DNA of 64,000 nucleotides from a virus. The position numbers and the translations under genes were made by a program. Under the pieces are notes generated by a model. The model had not been told where the DNA came from and did no database searches. It saw nothing but the letters and a program-made list of their open reading frames with translations. The stretch is taken from the IMG/VR virus record IMGVR_UViG_3300030693_000013. One strand, 5' to 3'. This document shows, in pieces, positions 50,311-61,044 of this stretch; within the stretch, counting starts at the first letter, position 1, and every line of letters starts with the position of its first letter.

Positions 50311-51459
50311 ATGCCATCCGCGCCAACCAAAACCGATCTCGACAAGCTGCATGACGCCGAGAAGATCATCCGCATCCGTCAGCAGGAACTTGCCGATGCC
50401 CGCGCCACCATCAAGCGCCTCACCACCAACGAGGACGATGCGCGCACGATCCGGGAGAACATCTACAAGATTGCCGGCTATGACCCGTCGCCTCCCGAGT
50501 GGACTTTACGTGAGGGTCGAGCAGGTGCGCGGGGTGTACCAGCTACCATCTGGTCCGATTGGCACTACGGCGAAGTCGTCCGGATGCCGGCCATCAACAT
50601 CTACGACAAGCGGGTCGCCAAGCGGCGCATTGAACGACTGGTCCAGACCACCGCTGATCTTGCTCTCAACCATATGGGTCGCGCAAAGATCACTTACCCG
50701 GGCTGCATCGTCGCTCTGGGCGGCGATATGCTCGGTGGCGACATTCATGAGGAGCTGATGAAGACCAACGACCGCACCACGCAGCAGGCGATCGAGGACT
50801 TGATCGACCTGATCAGCGGCGGGCTCGAGACGATGGCTTCAGCTTTCGGTAAGTTGTTCGTGCCATGTGTAGTCGGCAATCACGGCCGCTCCACCAAGAA
50901 GATGCAGATGAAGGAGCGCGTGTTCACTTCCCACGAGTGGAACGTCTATTGCGGCGTCGCTCGGCACTTCCGGAGGAGCAAACATGTCCAATTCTGCATT
51001 CCGGAAACGGCCGATTGCGCCTTCAATATCTTTGATCATCGATACCTGCTTACTCACGGCGACAGCCTGGGTACGAAGGGTGGCGACGGCATCATTGGCG
51101 CGCTCGGACCAATCCTGCGTGGAACACTTAAAACGCATCGAAGCGAAGCGCAAATTGGTCGCGACTTCGATACTCTGCTCATTGGCCATTGGCACCAATA
51201 CATCACGCTGCCGGGCCTCATTTGCAACAACAGCCTTAAAGGCTACGACGAGTATGCTCACCTCACACTACGCGCGCCTTATTCAAGACCTAGTCAAGCG
51301 CTCTGGTTCACCCATCCGGAACACGGAATTACTGCGCATTGGCAAGTCTATCTCGAGGGAAAACTCCAGCCAATGACGACCGCCAAACCATGGTGCTCGT
51401 GGCAAGAGTTTACGGATACGCGGAGGGCCGATGCCGACGCATACCTAGGGCGGATGTAA
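50311..51459 (+). CDS. Calcineurin-like metallophosphoesterase
   Basis: SDWHYGE, GGD, GNHGR, HGD and GHWH motifs. Confidence 0.85.
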   Translation: MPSAPTKTDLDKLHDAEKIIRIRQQELADARATIKRLTTNEDDARTIRENIYKIAGYDPSPPEWTLREGRAGARGVPATIWSDWHYGEVVRMPAINIYDKRVAKRRIERLVQTTADLALNHMGRAKITYPGCIVALGGDMLGGDIHEELMKTNDRTTQQAIEDLIDLISGGLETMASAFGKLFVPCVVGNHGRSTKKMQMKERVFTSHEWNVYCGVARHFRRSKHVQFCIPETADCAFNIFDHRYLLTHGDSLGTKGGDGIIGALGPILRGTLKTHRSEAQIGRDFDTLLIGHWHQYITLPGLICNNSLKGYDEYAHLTLRAPYSRPSQALWFTHPEHGITAHWQVYLEGKLQPMTTAKPWCSWQEFTDTRRADADAYLGRM

Positions 51460-52910
51460 TGGGGATCAACTACAAAGCCCCGCACACCTGCGCGCAGTTC
51501 ATGGCGAGCCAAGCGTTCGGCCGCGTGATCGCTGGGCCCGTTGGGTCCGGCAAGACCACGTCTGCCGTGATCGAAATGCTGCGCCGCTCGATGGAGCAGA
51601 AGCCGGGCGCCGATGGGTATAGATACACACGCCACGCTATCGTCCGGCAAACCCTGAAGCAGCTGAAGGACACCGTGCTCAAGGACTGTCAAGCATGGCT
51701 TGGCGGCCTCGGGCTGTGGAAGGTGTCGGAGGGAGTGTTCCATGTTCAATTCGGTGACGTTCGCTCTGAGTGGGTCTTTATTCCCCTCGAGAATGCAGAG
51801 GATCAGGCTCGCTTACTTTCTATGCAGCTCACAGGCGCGTGGCTCTCGGAGGCAATCGAAATGGACCTTGATGTGCTTGGTCCTTTGTCCGGCCGTCTGG
51901 GCCGCTATCCCTCGGGTGCGCAGGGCACTCCGACATGGCACGGCTGGATTGCGGATACTAACTTCCCGACGGAAATGACGCCGTGGCACCAGTATATGGA
52001 GAACCCGCCGCCGGACATTCAGATTTTCAAGCAGCCGTCTGGCCTGTCGCCCGATGCCGAGAATTTGAATTGGCTGGTGCAAAACGAAGAGAGTATAAAA
52101 TTGCCGATCGACCATCCGGTAAGGGTCGCGCAGGGGAGGAAGTACTATGAGCGCTTTGTCGAGCAGTTCGGCGACAACAGCGACTGGGTGCGCCGCTACG
52201 TCAAGGCCGAGTACGGAGACGATCCTTCAGGAGCCGCGGTCTTCAAAAACACTTTTCGATCCGACTTTCACATCGTCGATGACACGCTCATCATCCCAAG
52301 CTATCCTCTCCTCATTGGCCAAGATTTTGGCCGAAACCCTTGGTCGCTGATATGTCAGATGGATCATTTAGGACGCCTTCTAGTGCACGAAGAGGTGCCC
52401 GGGACCAACGTCGGGCTCGAGAAGCACGTCAATCAAAATCTGCGTCCGCGCCTCTACGGAGCAAAATATCTTGGAATGAAGGTAGCGGTCGTTGGCGATC
52501 CGAGCGGGATTGCCAAAGGGAGTATTGGGGAGGAGAGCTGTTTCGATGCCCTACTTCGTTTGGGGTTCCCCTGTTTCCCGGCGCCGACGAATGATATCGA
52601 GCCGCGGCTGCGCGCGGTGGAAGCGCTCCTGTCCCGCCAGACCAACGGCGGCCCCACTCTCTTGATCTCGCGGGCCGGGTGCCCGTTCCTGTGCCGCGCC
52701 ATGAGCGGCGGCTATCGCTTCACCAAAATGAAAACCGGCGCGCTCCGGACGGTTCCGGACAAGACCGACAAGGAAGGGTTCTCGCATGTGGCTGATGATC
52801 TGCAGTACGTTGCTTCTGTTGTTCACGGTGGCGTCGTCCCAGAGATCACCCGACGACTTCGACCGCGAACCAAGAAAAGACAAGCCATCAGCTCTGCCGG
52901 ATGGACCTAG
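51459..52910 (+). CDS. terL: Terminase large subunit
   Basis: GPVGSGKTT, GAWLSEAIE, IGQDFGRNP and HVADDLQY motifs; TAATG-coupled start. Confidence 0.92.
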   Translation: MGINYKAPHTCAQFMASQAFGRVIAGPVGSGKTTSAVIEMLRRSMEQKPGADGYRYTRHAIVRQTLKQLKDTVLKDCQAWLGGLGLWKVSEGVFHVQFGDVRSEWVFIPLENAEDQARLLSMQLTGAWLSEAIEMDLDVLGPLSGRLGRYPSGAQGTPTWHGWIADTNFPTEMTPWHQYMENPPPDIQIFKQPSGLSPDAENLNWLVQNEESIKLPIDHPVRVAQGRKYYERFVEQFGDNSDWVRRYVKAEYGDDPSGAAVFKNTFRSDFHIVDDTLIIPSYPLLIGQDFGRNPWSLICQMDHLGRLLVHEEVPGTNVGLEKHVNQNLRPRLYGAKYLGMKVAVVGDPSGIAKGSIGEESCFDALLRLGFPCFPAPTNDIEPRLRAVEALLSRQTNGGPTLLISRAGCPFLCRAMSGGYRFTKMKTGALRTVPDKTDKEGFSHVADDLQYVASVVHGGVVPEITRRLRPRTKKRQAISSAGWT

Positions 52911-53194
52911 TGGAGCGCAGCTCCTCCAGTTTCCGGCCCGGGCAAGGGCGCGAGGCCTTTCGCTTCCAGCATTATCACTCGAGCCTTCAGCCGGGCGATC
53001 TTGCGGATACGCCGATTTTGGGCCCAACGTTGTACCGTTGCGCTCTCGGAAATCTGAATTAGGTACCAGATCAGGGCCACGACCGACGCGATCATAGTGG
53101 CGATGGTCGGCAACCACCCTACCCAGGTCGCCACCAGTGTCCCTGCCCCGATCGTGTTGCCCAACCACTGACTGAGGCTGTGATCCGCGTTCAT
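52907..53194 (-). CDS. Antisense holin-like membrane protein (95 aa)
   Basis: GGAG RBS, hydrophobic WLPTIATMIASVVALIWYLIQI followed by basic RRIRKIARLKAR; occupies the TerL-portal gap. Confidence 0.6.
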   Translation of the reverse strand: MNADHSLSQWLGNTIGAGTLVATWVGWLPTIATMIASVVALIWYLIQISESATVQRWAQNRRIRKIARLKARVIMLEAKGLAPLPGPETGGAALH

Positions 53195-53298
53195 TGCGCC
53201 GCTCCTTGTTGTTGACCACAACAGGTAGACGCAAGGCCGTTAACGGGTTCTTAGGGGAACCGGGTCAGTTATACTCGAACCGCAGCGCGAGTATAAAA

Positions 53299-55620
53299 AT
53301 GTCTGATCTCGGCCAAAATGGCGTCATCCAGTTCACGCCGCCCGCACAGTTGGAGCAGCAGCTTTCTGATCAGGCATCCGCCAAGGCAGCGGCTGCGCAG
53401 ACTGCCGCGACTGCCGCTCAGCCGCAGTACCCACAGCTCGCCGGCTACGTCAAGTCGCAGTTCGAGATTTTCCGGAACCACCGCAACACCGTAGCAGGCT
53501 GGAGCAACCGCATGCTCGCCGCGCTGCGCGCATTCAATGGTCAATACGACCCAACCAAGCTGCAGGAGATCACCAAATGGGGTGGCTCAACTGTCTACGC
53601 GCGAGTGATTGCGCAGAAGTGCCGAGCAGCTTCCTCATTGCTGCGCGACATTTACCTGGGCCAAGATATCCCGTGGTCACTGGCGCCGCCGAAGCAGCCC
53701 CAGGTGCCGCCGGGCATCGCTCAGGCGATCGACCAGCTGATCCAGCAGGAAGCGCAGCGCGTGCAGCAGACCACAGGCCAGCCGCCGCAGCAGAGCGATC
53801 TCGCGGAACGCAAGCGCAATCTGATCGAGCAGGCTGAAGACGCCGCCAAACGCAAGGCTGTCTCGCAAGCGCGCGACGCCGGCGACAAAATTCAAGACAT
53901 GCTGACGGAGGGGGGCTACTACCACGCGCTCGCGGAGTTCCTTGTCGACCTGCCGATCTTCCCGTTCGCGGTGATCAAAGGCCCGGTTGTCAAGGTAATT
54001 CCGACTGTCGTGTGGCCACCGAACGGCGGGCCGCCGCAAGTCAAGCAGCAGCCCAAGCTAACTTGGAACCGCGTGTCGCCATTTGACATCTGGTTCACCC
54101 CAGGCGTCGCGGATATCGAAAATGCGAACGTTATCGAAAAGCTGCGGGTTACGCGAAGCGAACTGAATGATCTCCTTGACCTTCCCGGTTACAATCAGAG
54201 CGAGATTTTGGCCGTGCTCGACGAGTTCGGCCGTGGGGGGCTCTACGACAACTGGGACACCACTGACGCGGAGCGCAGCGTACTGGAGAGCCGGGAAAAC
54301 CCAGCTTGGAATAGGTCGGGAATGATCTCGATGATGGAGTTCAACGGCAACATCCAGGGCCGCATGCTCCAAGACTACGGCATGGTCGTACCAGATCAGC
54401 TGCGCGATTATCACGTCCAAATCTGGATTATTGGTTCCCACGTCATCAAGTGCCATCTGAGCCCATCTCCGCGTCAGCGTCATCCGTATTTCATCACTTC
54501 GTTCGAGAAAGTTCCAGGGACGCCCGTCGGCAACGGGCTGACGGACCTTCTTGCCGACCTGCAAGAAGCTAGTAACGCTACTCTGCGATCGTTGATTAAC
54601 AACATCTCGATCGCGTCGGGACCTCAAGTTGTCGTGAACGACGACATGCTCGCGCCAGAAGAGAATGGGGAGGACCTTTACCCATGGAAGCGCTGGCACG
54701 TCCGCTCGGACCCGATGACGAGCAGCTCGAAACAGCCGATCAGCTTCTTCATGCCGAGCAGCAATGCCCAGCAGCTGATGCAGGTCTACGAACAGATTGT
54801 GAGCATTGCGGACGACGTATCGGCGATCCCGAAATATGTCGGTGGGCAGGGTGGTGGTGGTGCGGGCAGGACCGCCTCGGGCCTAGCGATGCTGATGGGC
54901 AACGCTTCGAAAATTCTTCAAACCGTCAGTGCAAACATCGATCGCGATGTGATCGAAGGCACGATGTTGCAGCTGTTCGATTTGCTTATGCTGACCGATA
55001 CGAGCGGCCTGCTGACTGGCGAAGAACGTGTAACGGTGCAGGGTGTGAACGTCGCGATCCAGCGCGAGACGCTGCGCCAGCGCCAGATCGAGTTCTTGAC
55101 GGCGACGAACAACCCGACCGACCAGAAGATCATGGGGATCAAGGGCCGTGCCGTTGTGCTCCGCTCCGTGTCCACAACGATTGGTATGCCGGGTGAAGAG
55201 ATCGTCCCGTCGCAAGACGAGATCGACAAAATGGCCCAGGACGAGAAGCAGCAGGCCCAGAACGGCGGCGGCGAGATCGACGCGGCAGTTCAGAAGGCGG
55301 TTGTCAAGGGCGTCGAAGCGGGCGTCCAGCGCATCACCACCGAGCTGACCGCCGGCCGGCTGGCGATGACCGAAGGCATGAGCGAAGGACCGCCGGCGCA
55401 CGTCGGCACCCCGGGCACCGGGCCGACCCAGAACGCCACGAACAACCCGGGCATGGACCTGGGCCAGCAGCCGCACCCCAACGACGGTACACAGCAGCGC
55501 GCGGCGCAGGCACAGGGCAATCAGCCCAGCCAGCTGTCGCAATCGATGGGTCCGCAGACGCATTTGACCGGAAGTCAACCCGGTAAAGGCGCGATGCCCG
55601 TGACCGGGGGCGTAGGCTAA
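53299..55620 (+). CDS. Portal protein
   Basis: 773 aa after TerL; HPYF...GTPVGNGL, SGPQV and RTASGLAMLM motifs. Confidence 0.85.
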   Translation: MSDLGQNGVIQFTPPAQLEQQLSDQASAKAAAAQTAATAAQPQYPQLAGYVKSQFEIFRNHRNTVAGWSNRMLAALRAFNGQYDPTKLQEITKWGGSTVYARVIAQKCRAASSLLRDIYLGQDIPWSLAPPKQPQVPPGIAQAIDQLIQQEAQRVQQTTGQPPQQSDLAERKRNLIEQAEDAAKRKAVSQARDAGDKIQDMLTEGGYYHALAEFLVDLPIFPFAVIKGPVVKVIPTVVWPPNGGPPQVKQQPKLTWNRVSPFDIWFTPGVADIENANVIEKLRVTRSELNDLLDLPGYNQSEILAVLDEFGRGGLYDNWDTTDAERSVLESRENPAWNRSGMISMMEFNGNIQGRMLQDYGMVVPDQLRDYHVQIWIIGSHVIKCHLSPSPRQRHPYFITSFEKVPGTPVGNGLTDLLADLQEASNATLRSLINNISIASGPQVVVNDDMLAPEENGEDLYPWKRWHVRSDPMTSSSKQPISFFMPSSNAQQLMQVYEQIVSIADDVSAIPKYVGGQGGGGAGRTASGLAMLMGNASKILQTVSANIDRDVIEGTMLQLFDLLMLTDTSGLLTGEERVTVQGVNVAIQRETLRQRQIEFLTATNNPTDQKIMGIKGRAVVLRSVSTTIGMPGEEIVPSQDEIDKMAQDEKQQAQNGGGEIDAAVQKAVVKGVEAGVQRITTELTAGRLAMTEGMSEGPPAHVGTPGTGPTQNATNNPGMDLGQQPHPNDGTQQRAAQAQGNQPSQLSQSMGPQTHLTGSQPGKGAMPVTGGVG

Positions 55621-55874
55621 TGGCCGGGACCCTCAAAACAGTGATCGTGCTCGCGGGTCCGACCGGACCTACAGGAACCATGAAGGGTGTTAACATCTGG
55701 ACTGGCATGAGCGGACTTTCTGGCGGACATGCGACGTGGCTTCAATACACCGGAGGCAAAGGGCCGAGCGGTATACTCGAGCGCGTCTATCCGCTGGCGG
55801 CAGACGGCGCCGGTTTTACCGGCGCCCACAAGACTGTGTTCATTTCGGGCTACGTCGGCCCGACCGGCTCTTAA
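55620..55874 (+). CDS. Small GPT-containing virion protein
   Basis: GPTGPTG and GPTG motifs; coupled to the portal gene. Confidence 0.6.
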   Translation: MAGTLKTVIVLAGPTGPTGTMKGVNIWTGMSGLSGGHATWLQYTGGKGPSGILERVYPLAADGAGFTGAHKTVFISGYVGPTGS

Positions 55875-55886
55875 GGACATTTTAAC
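55871..55886. promoter_or_regulatory. CtrA-type box TTAA-N7-TTAAC
   Basis: TTAAGGACATTTTAAC upstream of the collagen/glycosylation genes. Confidence 0.6.
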
Positions 55887-55946
55887 GGACCTAAGACACT
55901 CTCATGAGCATGTTCACCGATTTTGGTGAGGCCAGTATAAAACTGA

Positions 55947-56528
<582 letters not shown>

Positions 56529-56540
56529 TAGGAGGCTGAA

Positions 56541-57350
56541 ATGGCTGTAGTTATTCCCGCATCACCGCGAACCCCGATCATTCAAAATCGGGTGTTCGGC
56601 GTCGAGATCGCACCCGCTCCCCCGCAATTTGTGGGAACGGGCCCGACTGCCCCCATCGTGGCGGGCGACACCTACGACGACAGCACGATCCCGGCCATCC
56701 TGAAACAGGTGGTCGACCTGATCAACACCAAGAACATCCCCGGTGCTTTAGGACCGACGGGTGTGGCGGGTGCTCTTACCACCGCGACCGCAACAGGTCC
56801 GACCGGCGCGACCGGGCCCGCGGGCCCGCGACAGGCTCCGACTGGACCAACCGGCGTCACCGGCCCGGCCAACTCGAACATCTCTGGCCCCAAGTTGCCT
56901 ACTGGCAACACCGGCAACACCGGCAACACCGGCAACACCGGCCCGCTGGGTGCGACGGGACCGCAGAAGGGTCCCACCGGACAAACGGGTCACGCGCAGA
57001 CCACCGCGCCGACTGGCCCGACTGGTGCCTCGACCGGCCCGACTGGACCGAACGGTGTGAACCCGACCGGCGCAACCGGACCGACTGGCCTTACCGGCGG
57101 CACCGGCAAGAAAGGCGAATGGCAGGGCCCGTTGGGTCCGGCTTCCGGCCTCTGGATACCCCCGAGCGTCGACCCCGGGATCGCTGGCGCCGTTTGGAAT
57201 GCCAACAATGGCACTGGGATCGCGAGCATGACGGGCCAAGGATATACCGGCGTGACGGGCTTGACTGGCACGAACCAAACGGGCATCTTCTACGGCATCA
57301 CCGGAGCGTGGCTCAAAATCTCGTCCGGTGGACCTAGCATCAACCGTTAA
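56541..57350 (+). CDS. Collagen-like putative head fibre (paralog)
   Basis: Interrupted G-X-T tract; shares QVVxxIN and PPxxDPxxxxAVWN motifs with 55959-56528. Confidence 0.8.
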   Translation: MAVVIPASPRTPIIQNRVFGVEIAPAPPQFVGTGPTAPIVAGDTYDDSTIPAILKQVVDLINTKNIPGALGPTGVAGALTTATATGPTGATGPAGPRQAPTGPTGVTGPANSNISGPKLPTGNTGNTGNTGNTGPLGATGPQKGPTGQTGHAQTTAPTGPTGASTGPTGPNGVNPTGATGPTGLTGGTGKKGEWQGPLGPASGLWIPPSVDPGIAGAVWNANNGTGIASMTGQGYTGVTGLTGTNQTGIFYGITGAWLKISSGGPSINR

Positions 57351-57382
57351 TCTTCCCCTGAACCCCAACTCAGGACTGCTCT

Positions 57383-57724
57383 ATGTCTTTATCCCAAGTC
57401 GAGCGAACGCAGCGCTTTCGCGTGCGTAACCCGGTATGGCATCGGGTCTATGACCGCAATTATAATCTCAAAAAGAAATACGGGATCACGACCGAAGAGT
57501 GGAACGATCTTTTCACGGCGCAGGGCCATGCCTGTGCTGTGTGTGGGTCAACGACACCGGGCGGCAGATATTGGCACACTGATCATGCTGGTCCCCTCCC
57601 GTGCAGGCGATCTGATATTCGGGGTATTCTCTGTCTTGGATGCAACCATGCGGCGGGGAAAGGCGGGATAGCGGATGTTCTTCGGCTACGCGCGCTCGTC
57701 AAATATCTGGAGGAGCACCTGTGA
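57383..57724 (+). CDS. Endonuclease VII-like HNH nuclease
   Basis: YNLKKKYGIT...QGHACAVC...TDH...IRGILCLGCN. Confidence 0.85.
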   Translation: MSLSQVERTQRFRVRNPVWHRVYDRNYNLKKKYGITTEEWNDLFTAQGHACAVCGSTTPGGRYWHTDHAGPLPCRRSDIRGILCLGCNHAAGKGGIADVLRLRALVKYLEEHL

Positions 57725-59733
57725 AACCATCTCTTTGCCTAAACATGATCGTCCGGAATGAGGGCGCGCGGATCGAACGCGCTCTCGTCTCCGCTCTCCC
57801 CTATGTCAAGGCCGTCGCCATTCTCGACACCGGGTCCACCGACGATACTGTCGCAGTAATCACCCGGGTCTGTGCCGAGTTCGATGTGCCGGTGATGATC
57901 GGTCACGGGACATTCAAAGACTTCTCCACGGCGCGCAACGACGCTTATGCACTCGCCCAGATGCACCGGAAGCACCAATCACTGCCTTGGTGCCAGTTCG
58001 CGCTCATGATGGACGCGGACATGCAGCTGGAAGTCACGGACCCCAAGGCCTTCGATTTGCTGCTCAACGCCAGCGTCACCGCGCTCAATCTGTGGCAGAC
58101 CGGCGGCTCCGTCACCTACGCGAACACCCGCATCATCAATCTCGACTGGCCAAAGAACCCCTACCGCGGGGTCACGCACGAATATATCGACGTGCCGACC
58201 AACGGTGTCGTCGAAGGCGCCCGGTTCATTGACCATGCCGATGGCGCCAATCGCACCGACAAACTCCCGCGCGACATTGCGTTGCTCGAGCAGGGCCTGA
58301 TTGACGAGCCGAACAACAGCCGCTACATGTTTTATCTCGGGAACACGTACAAGGATAGCAACCGTCCGGATGACGCGATCCGGATGTATCGGCAGCACAT
58401 CGCGCTGGGTGCCTGGGACGAAGAGGCCTACTTCGCGCAGTTCATGATTGCCGAGTGCGAGCGCGACATGGGGGACACCGATGCCTACGTCGCCTCAATG
58501 CTCGAGGCCTACAACATGCGCCCACGCCGCGCCGAGCCACTCCACTCGCTCGCTATGCACTTCCGAGAAAAAGATAAGCCACATGTCGCCCTCACCTTCG
58601 CAAAACGCGCTCTCGCAATCCCACGGCCAAATGATTTCCTTTTCGTCAACGATTTTGTTTATTCTCATGGTGCTCGCTACGAGTATTCGATCGCGGGATT
58701 TTACGACGAGACAGAGCGCCCAGGCACGTTTCCGATTACGGACGCTCTCGCGCTTGATCCAGCGTGCCCAGAAAACCTCCGATGGAGCTGCAAATCGAAC
58801 CTCTTCTGGCATCTCGAGCCACTGAGCCGATACTGCACGTCGTTCGCGCCGAAGCGCCTCGAGCTGCCGCTGCCAGACGGCTACACCGCGATGAACCCAT
58901 CGGTGGAGGAGTGCAACGGCAAAATCCTCTGCAACATTCGCGCGGTCAACTACGTCATGGACGACATGGGCCGCTACATCATCAAAAACAGTGGCAAGAC
59001 CTGTCACGAAGACACCATCGACACACGGAACTTCCTCGTGAAGTTAGGCGAAGACCTGCGCATCAAGCACCGTGCCGAAATCCTGTGGGACCGTCCCGAA
59101 GCCAAGTACGACATGGTGCTCGGGCTCGAGGACATGCGGCTCTACCGACACAAGGGCGACCTGTGTTATATCGCCTGCGCGCGCGAGCAGTGTGTGACCG
59201 GGATGCCCCAGCAAATCCGCGGGCGCCTCGTCCGCGACAGCGCCAACGACACGTTCGTGCACACGCGAGACATGGAAATCCTGACCGACGAGCACTCGAT
59301 CGAGAAGAACTGGATGCCGATCGGCACCGGACACGACTTCGTGTATCGACTTGATCGCATCCGTCATCAGGATGGCACCGAGACGAAAAAAACGAGCAGC
59401 CGATATGTCGGAGAGATCAGCGGTGGATCGCAGGCTATTCCTTTCAAGGGAGGCTACATGGCCGTGGTCCATGAGGCTTCCGTCAACCCGAACAGCGGCA
59501 AGCGGACTTACTGGCATCGCTTTGCGTGGTTCACCAAGGAAATGGAGTTCAAGCGCCTCAGCATCCCCTTCGTCTTCTTCGATCGACAGATCGAGTTCTG
59601 CACCGGGCTCTGCTACCACCCCAATCACAAAGATTTGATCCTGTCCTTTGGTGTCCGCGACGCGGAAGCCTGGGTCGCAACTGTGGCCGTCGAAGAGGTG
59701 GCCCGAATGACGTACAAATTCCATGAGAACTAA
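57721..59733 (+). CDS. GT2 glycosyltransferase + TPR + C-terminal beta-propeller (GH130-like) domain
   Basis: GTG start with GGAGG; LNMIVRNE, LDTGSTD, DAD and GVTHEY motifs; TPR helices; MNPSV, GLEDMRLY, EKNWMP, SGGS and IEFCTGL motifs. Confidence 0.85.
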   Translation: MKPSLCLNMIVRNEGARIERALVSALPYVKAVAILDTGSTDDTVAVITRVCAEFDVPVMIGHGTFKDFSTARNDAYALAQMHRKHQSLPWCQFALMMDADMQLEVTDPKAFDLLLNASVTALNLWQTGGSVTYANTRIINLDWPKNPYRGVTHEYIDVPTNGVVEGARFIDHADGANRTDKLPRDIALLEQGLIDEPNNSRYMFYLGNTYKDSNRPDDAIRMYRQHIALGAWDEEAYFAQFMIAECERDMGDTDAYVASMLEAYNMRPRRAEPLHSLAMHFREKDKPHVALTFAKRALAIPRPNDFLFVNDFVYSHGARYEYSIAGFYDETERPGTFPITDALALDPACPENLRWSCKSNLFWHLEPLSRYCTSFAPKRLELPLPDGYTAMNPSVEECNGKILCNIRAVNYVMDDMGRYIIKNSGKTCHEDTIDTRNFLVKLGEDLRIKHRAEILWDRPEAKYDMVLGLEDMRLYRHKGDLCYIACAREQCVTGMPQQIRGRLVRDSANDTFVHTRDMEILTDEHSIEKNWMPIGTGHDFVYRLDRIRHQDGTETKKTSSRYVGEISGGSQAIPFKGGYMAVVHEASVNPNSGKRTYWHRFAWFTKEMEFKRLSIPFVFFDRQIEFCTGLCYHPNHKDLILSFGVRDAEAWVATVAVEEVARMTYKFHEN

Positions 59734-60379
59734 GATCGTCACGGCCTATGTACCGATCCCGAACCACCCGCGCACCGCCGCCGAATATGGCGAGCTGGGA
59801 GAAAAACTCAGCGGCGTCCCGGTGCGGAAGAAGGCTTTCTACCAGCACCCCGCGGACCTGTGGATGATGAAATACATCAACGGGCTTCCGTTCGTGCCGG
59901 CGTCGTCGAAGCACGACAACCCGAGCAAAAACACGCTCGCCTACCACGCTGTCAACCACCAGAAGACGTCATGGCTGGTCCAGGCCTCGAACGAGGACCC
60001 GGAGGCCGACGTGCTCGTGTGGGTCGACTACGGCATCTTCCGACTGCCGGGGGTCAACAATCAGGCCATCTATGAGTTCATGGAGAAGGTCGATGACAAA
60101 GCCATCTACGCGCCCGGCTGCTGGGACCGACCTCAGGTGGTTGAGAGCGCTTATCCTTGTTGGCGGTTCTGCGGATCGATGCTCGCCGTCCCGAAAAAAC
60201 AGGTCGATGCCTTCGACTACGCTTGCCGCGTTGCTGCGCGCAAACACATTTCTTCGACGAAGAACGTCGAGTGGGAAGTCAACACCTGGGCGCGCGTCGA
60301 AGCACAGGGCAAGCTGAAATTCAAGTGGTATAAGGCTGATCACGACGTCAGCATGTTCAACAATCTGGAGTTAGTGTAA
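59723..60379 (+). CDS. HtrL/WlaTC-like putative glycosyltransferase
   Basis: KIVTAY...KTSWL...WVDYGI...WRFCGSML pattern. Confidence 0.65.
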   Translation: MRTKIVTAYVPIPNHPRTAAEYGELGEKLSGVPVRKKAFYQHPADLWMMKYINGLPFVPASSKHDNPSKNTLAYHAVNHQKTSWLVQASNEDPEADVLVWVDYGIFRLPGVNNQAIYEFMEKVDDKAIYAPGCWDRPQVVESAYPCWRFCGSMLAVPKKQVDAFDYACRVAARKHISSTKNVEWEVNTWARVEAQGKLKFKWYKADHDVSMFNNLELV

Positions 60380-60403
60380 TGATCCTGTATCTGGAGAACC
60401 ATC

Positions 60404-60985
60404 ATGAGTGTTGAGTATTTAGAGAGCCTGTTTACACGCTTTGGCACTGATAAAGGGACGTGGGGCTACACGGCCTATTATGCCACGGCGATGGAAGCAC
60501 GTCGCTTTGACGTCAAGGCAGTCCTCGAGGTAGGCATCTGCGGCTATCGCGACATTCCGAACAACGTAGTCGGCGCCAGCCTCTTCGTGTGGCGGGAGTA
60601 TTTCCCCAACGCTGAGATTTACGGCATCGACAACGACAGCCGGTTCATCTTCAATGACCAGCCGCGCATCCACACCGCGCTGGCCGACGCCTACGACGTG
60701 GCGTCTTTGTCAATGGCCTTGATCGACTTCAATGTCGGCCGGCCGTTCGACATGATCGTCGACGATGCCGTCCACGACCCCGAGCCGCAGCTCCATCTGG
60801 CGAACATGCTGACCCCGGCGCTGGCCAAGGGTGGCCGCTATTTCATTGAGGAAGCCTGCCCCTACAAGCTGAACGAGCCCTACGAGAAATGGCTCAGCCA
60901 CCGGATCAACCTCGCTGGCGAGATCACGGGTATTCACGCTTGCGTGACCCCGAAGCCCGAGGAGCTGATGATCCTTATTAAGTAG
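60404..60985 (+). CDS. Class I SAM-dependent (sugar O-)methyltransferase
   Basis: GTDK...Y, VLEVGI, GASL..WREYFPNAEIYGID, IVDDAVH, GGRYFIEE. Confidence 0.85.
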   Translation: MSVEYLESLFTRFGTDKGTWGYTAYYATAMEARRFDVKAVLEVGICGYRDIPNNVVGASLFVWREYFPNAEIYGIDNDSRFIFNDQPRIHTALADAYDVASLSMALIDFNVGRPFDMIVDDAVHDPEPQLHLANMLTPALAKGGRYFIEEACPYKLNEPYEKWLSHRINLAGEITGIHACVTPKPEELMILIK

Positions 60986-60992
60986 TTTTTAA
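60978..60992. promoter_or_regulatory. CtrA-type box TTAA-N7-TTAA
   Basis: TTAAGTAGTTTTTAA upstream of the head-assembly operon. Confidence 0.6.
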
Positions 60993-61044
60993 GCAGAAAG
61001 CCTCAGGGTCCCTCCATCAGCTAATCCTAGCGATGGAGGGCCAC

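Noticed and set aside
50198-50354. Short basic ORF (…LSPKGRARKHRYATSPLGR…) upstream of the phosphoesterase
   Set aside because: No convincing start codon or RBS, and it overlaps the next gene; it may be an endonuclease remnant, but this is unsupported.
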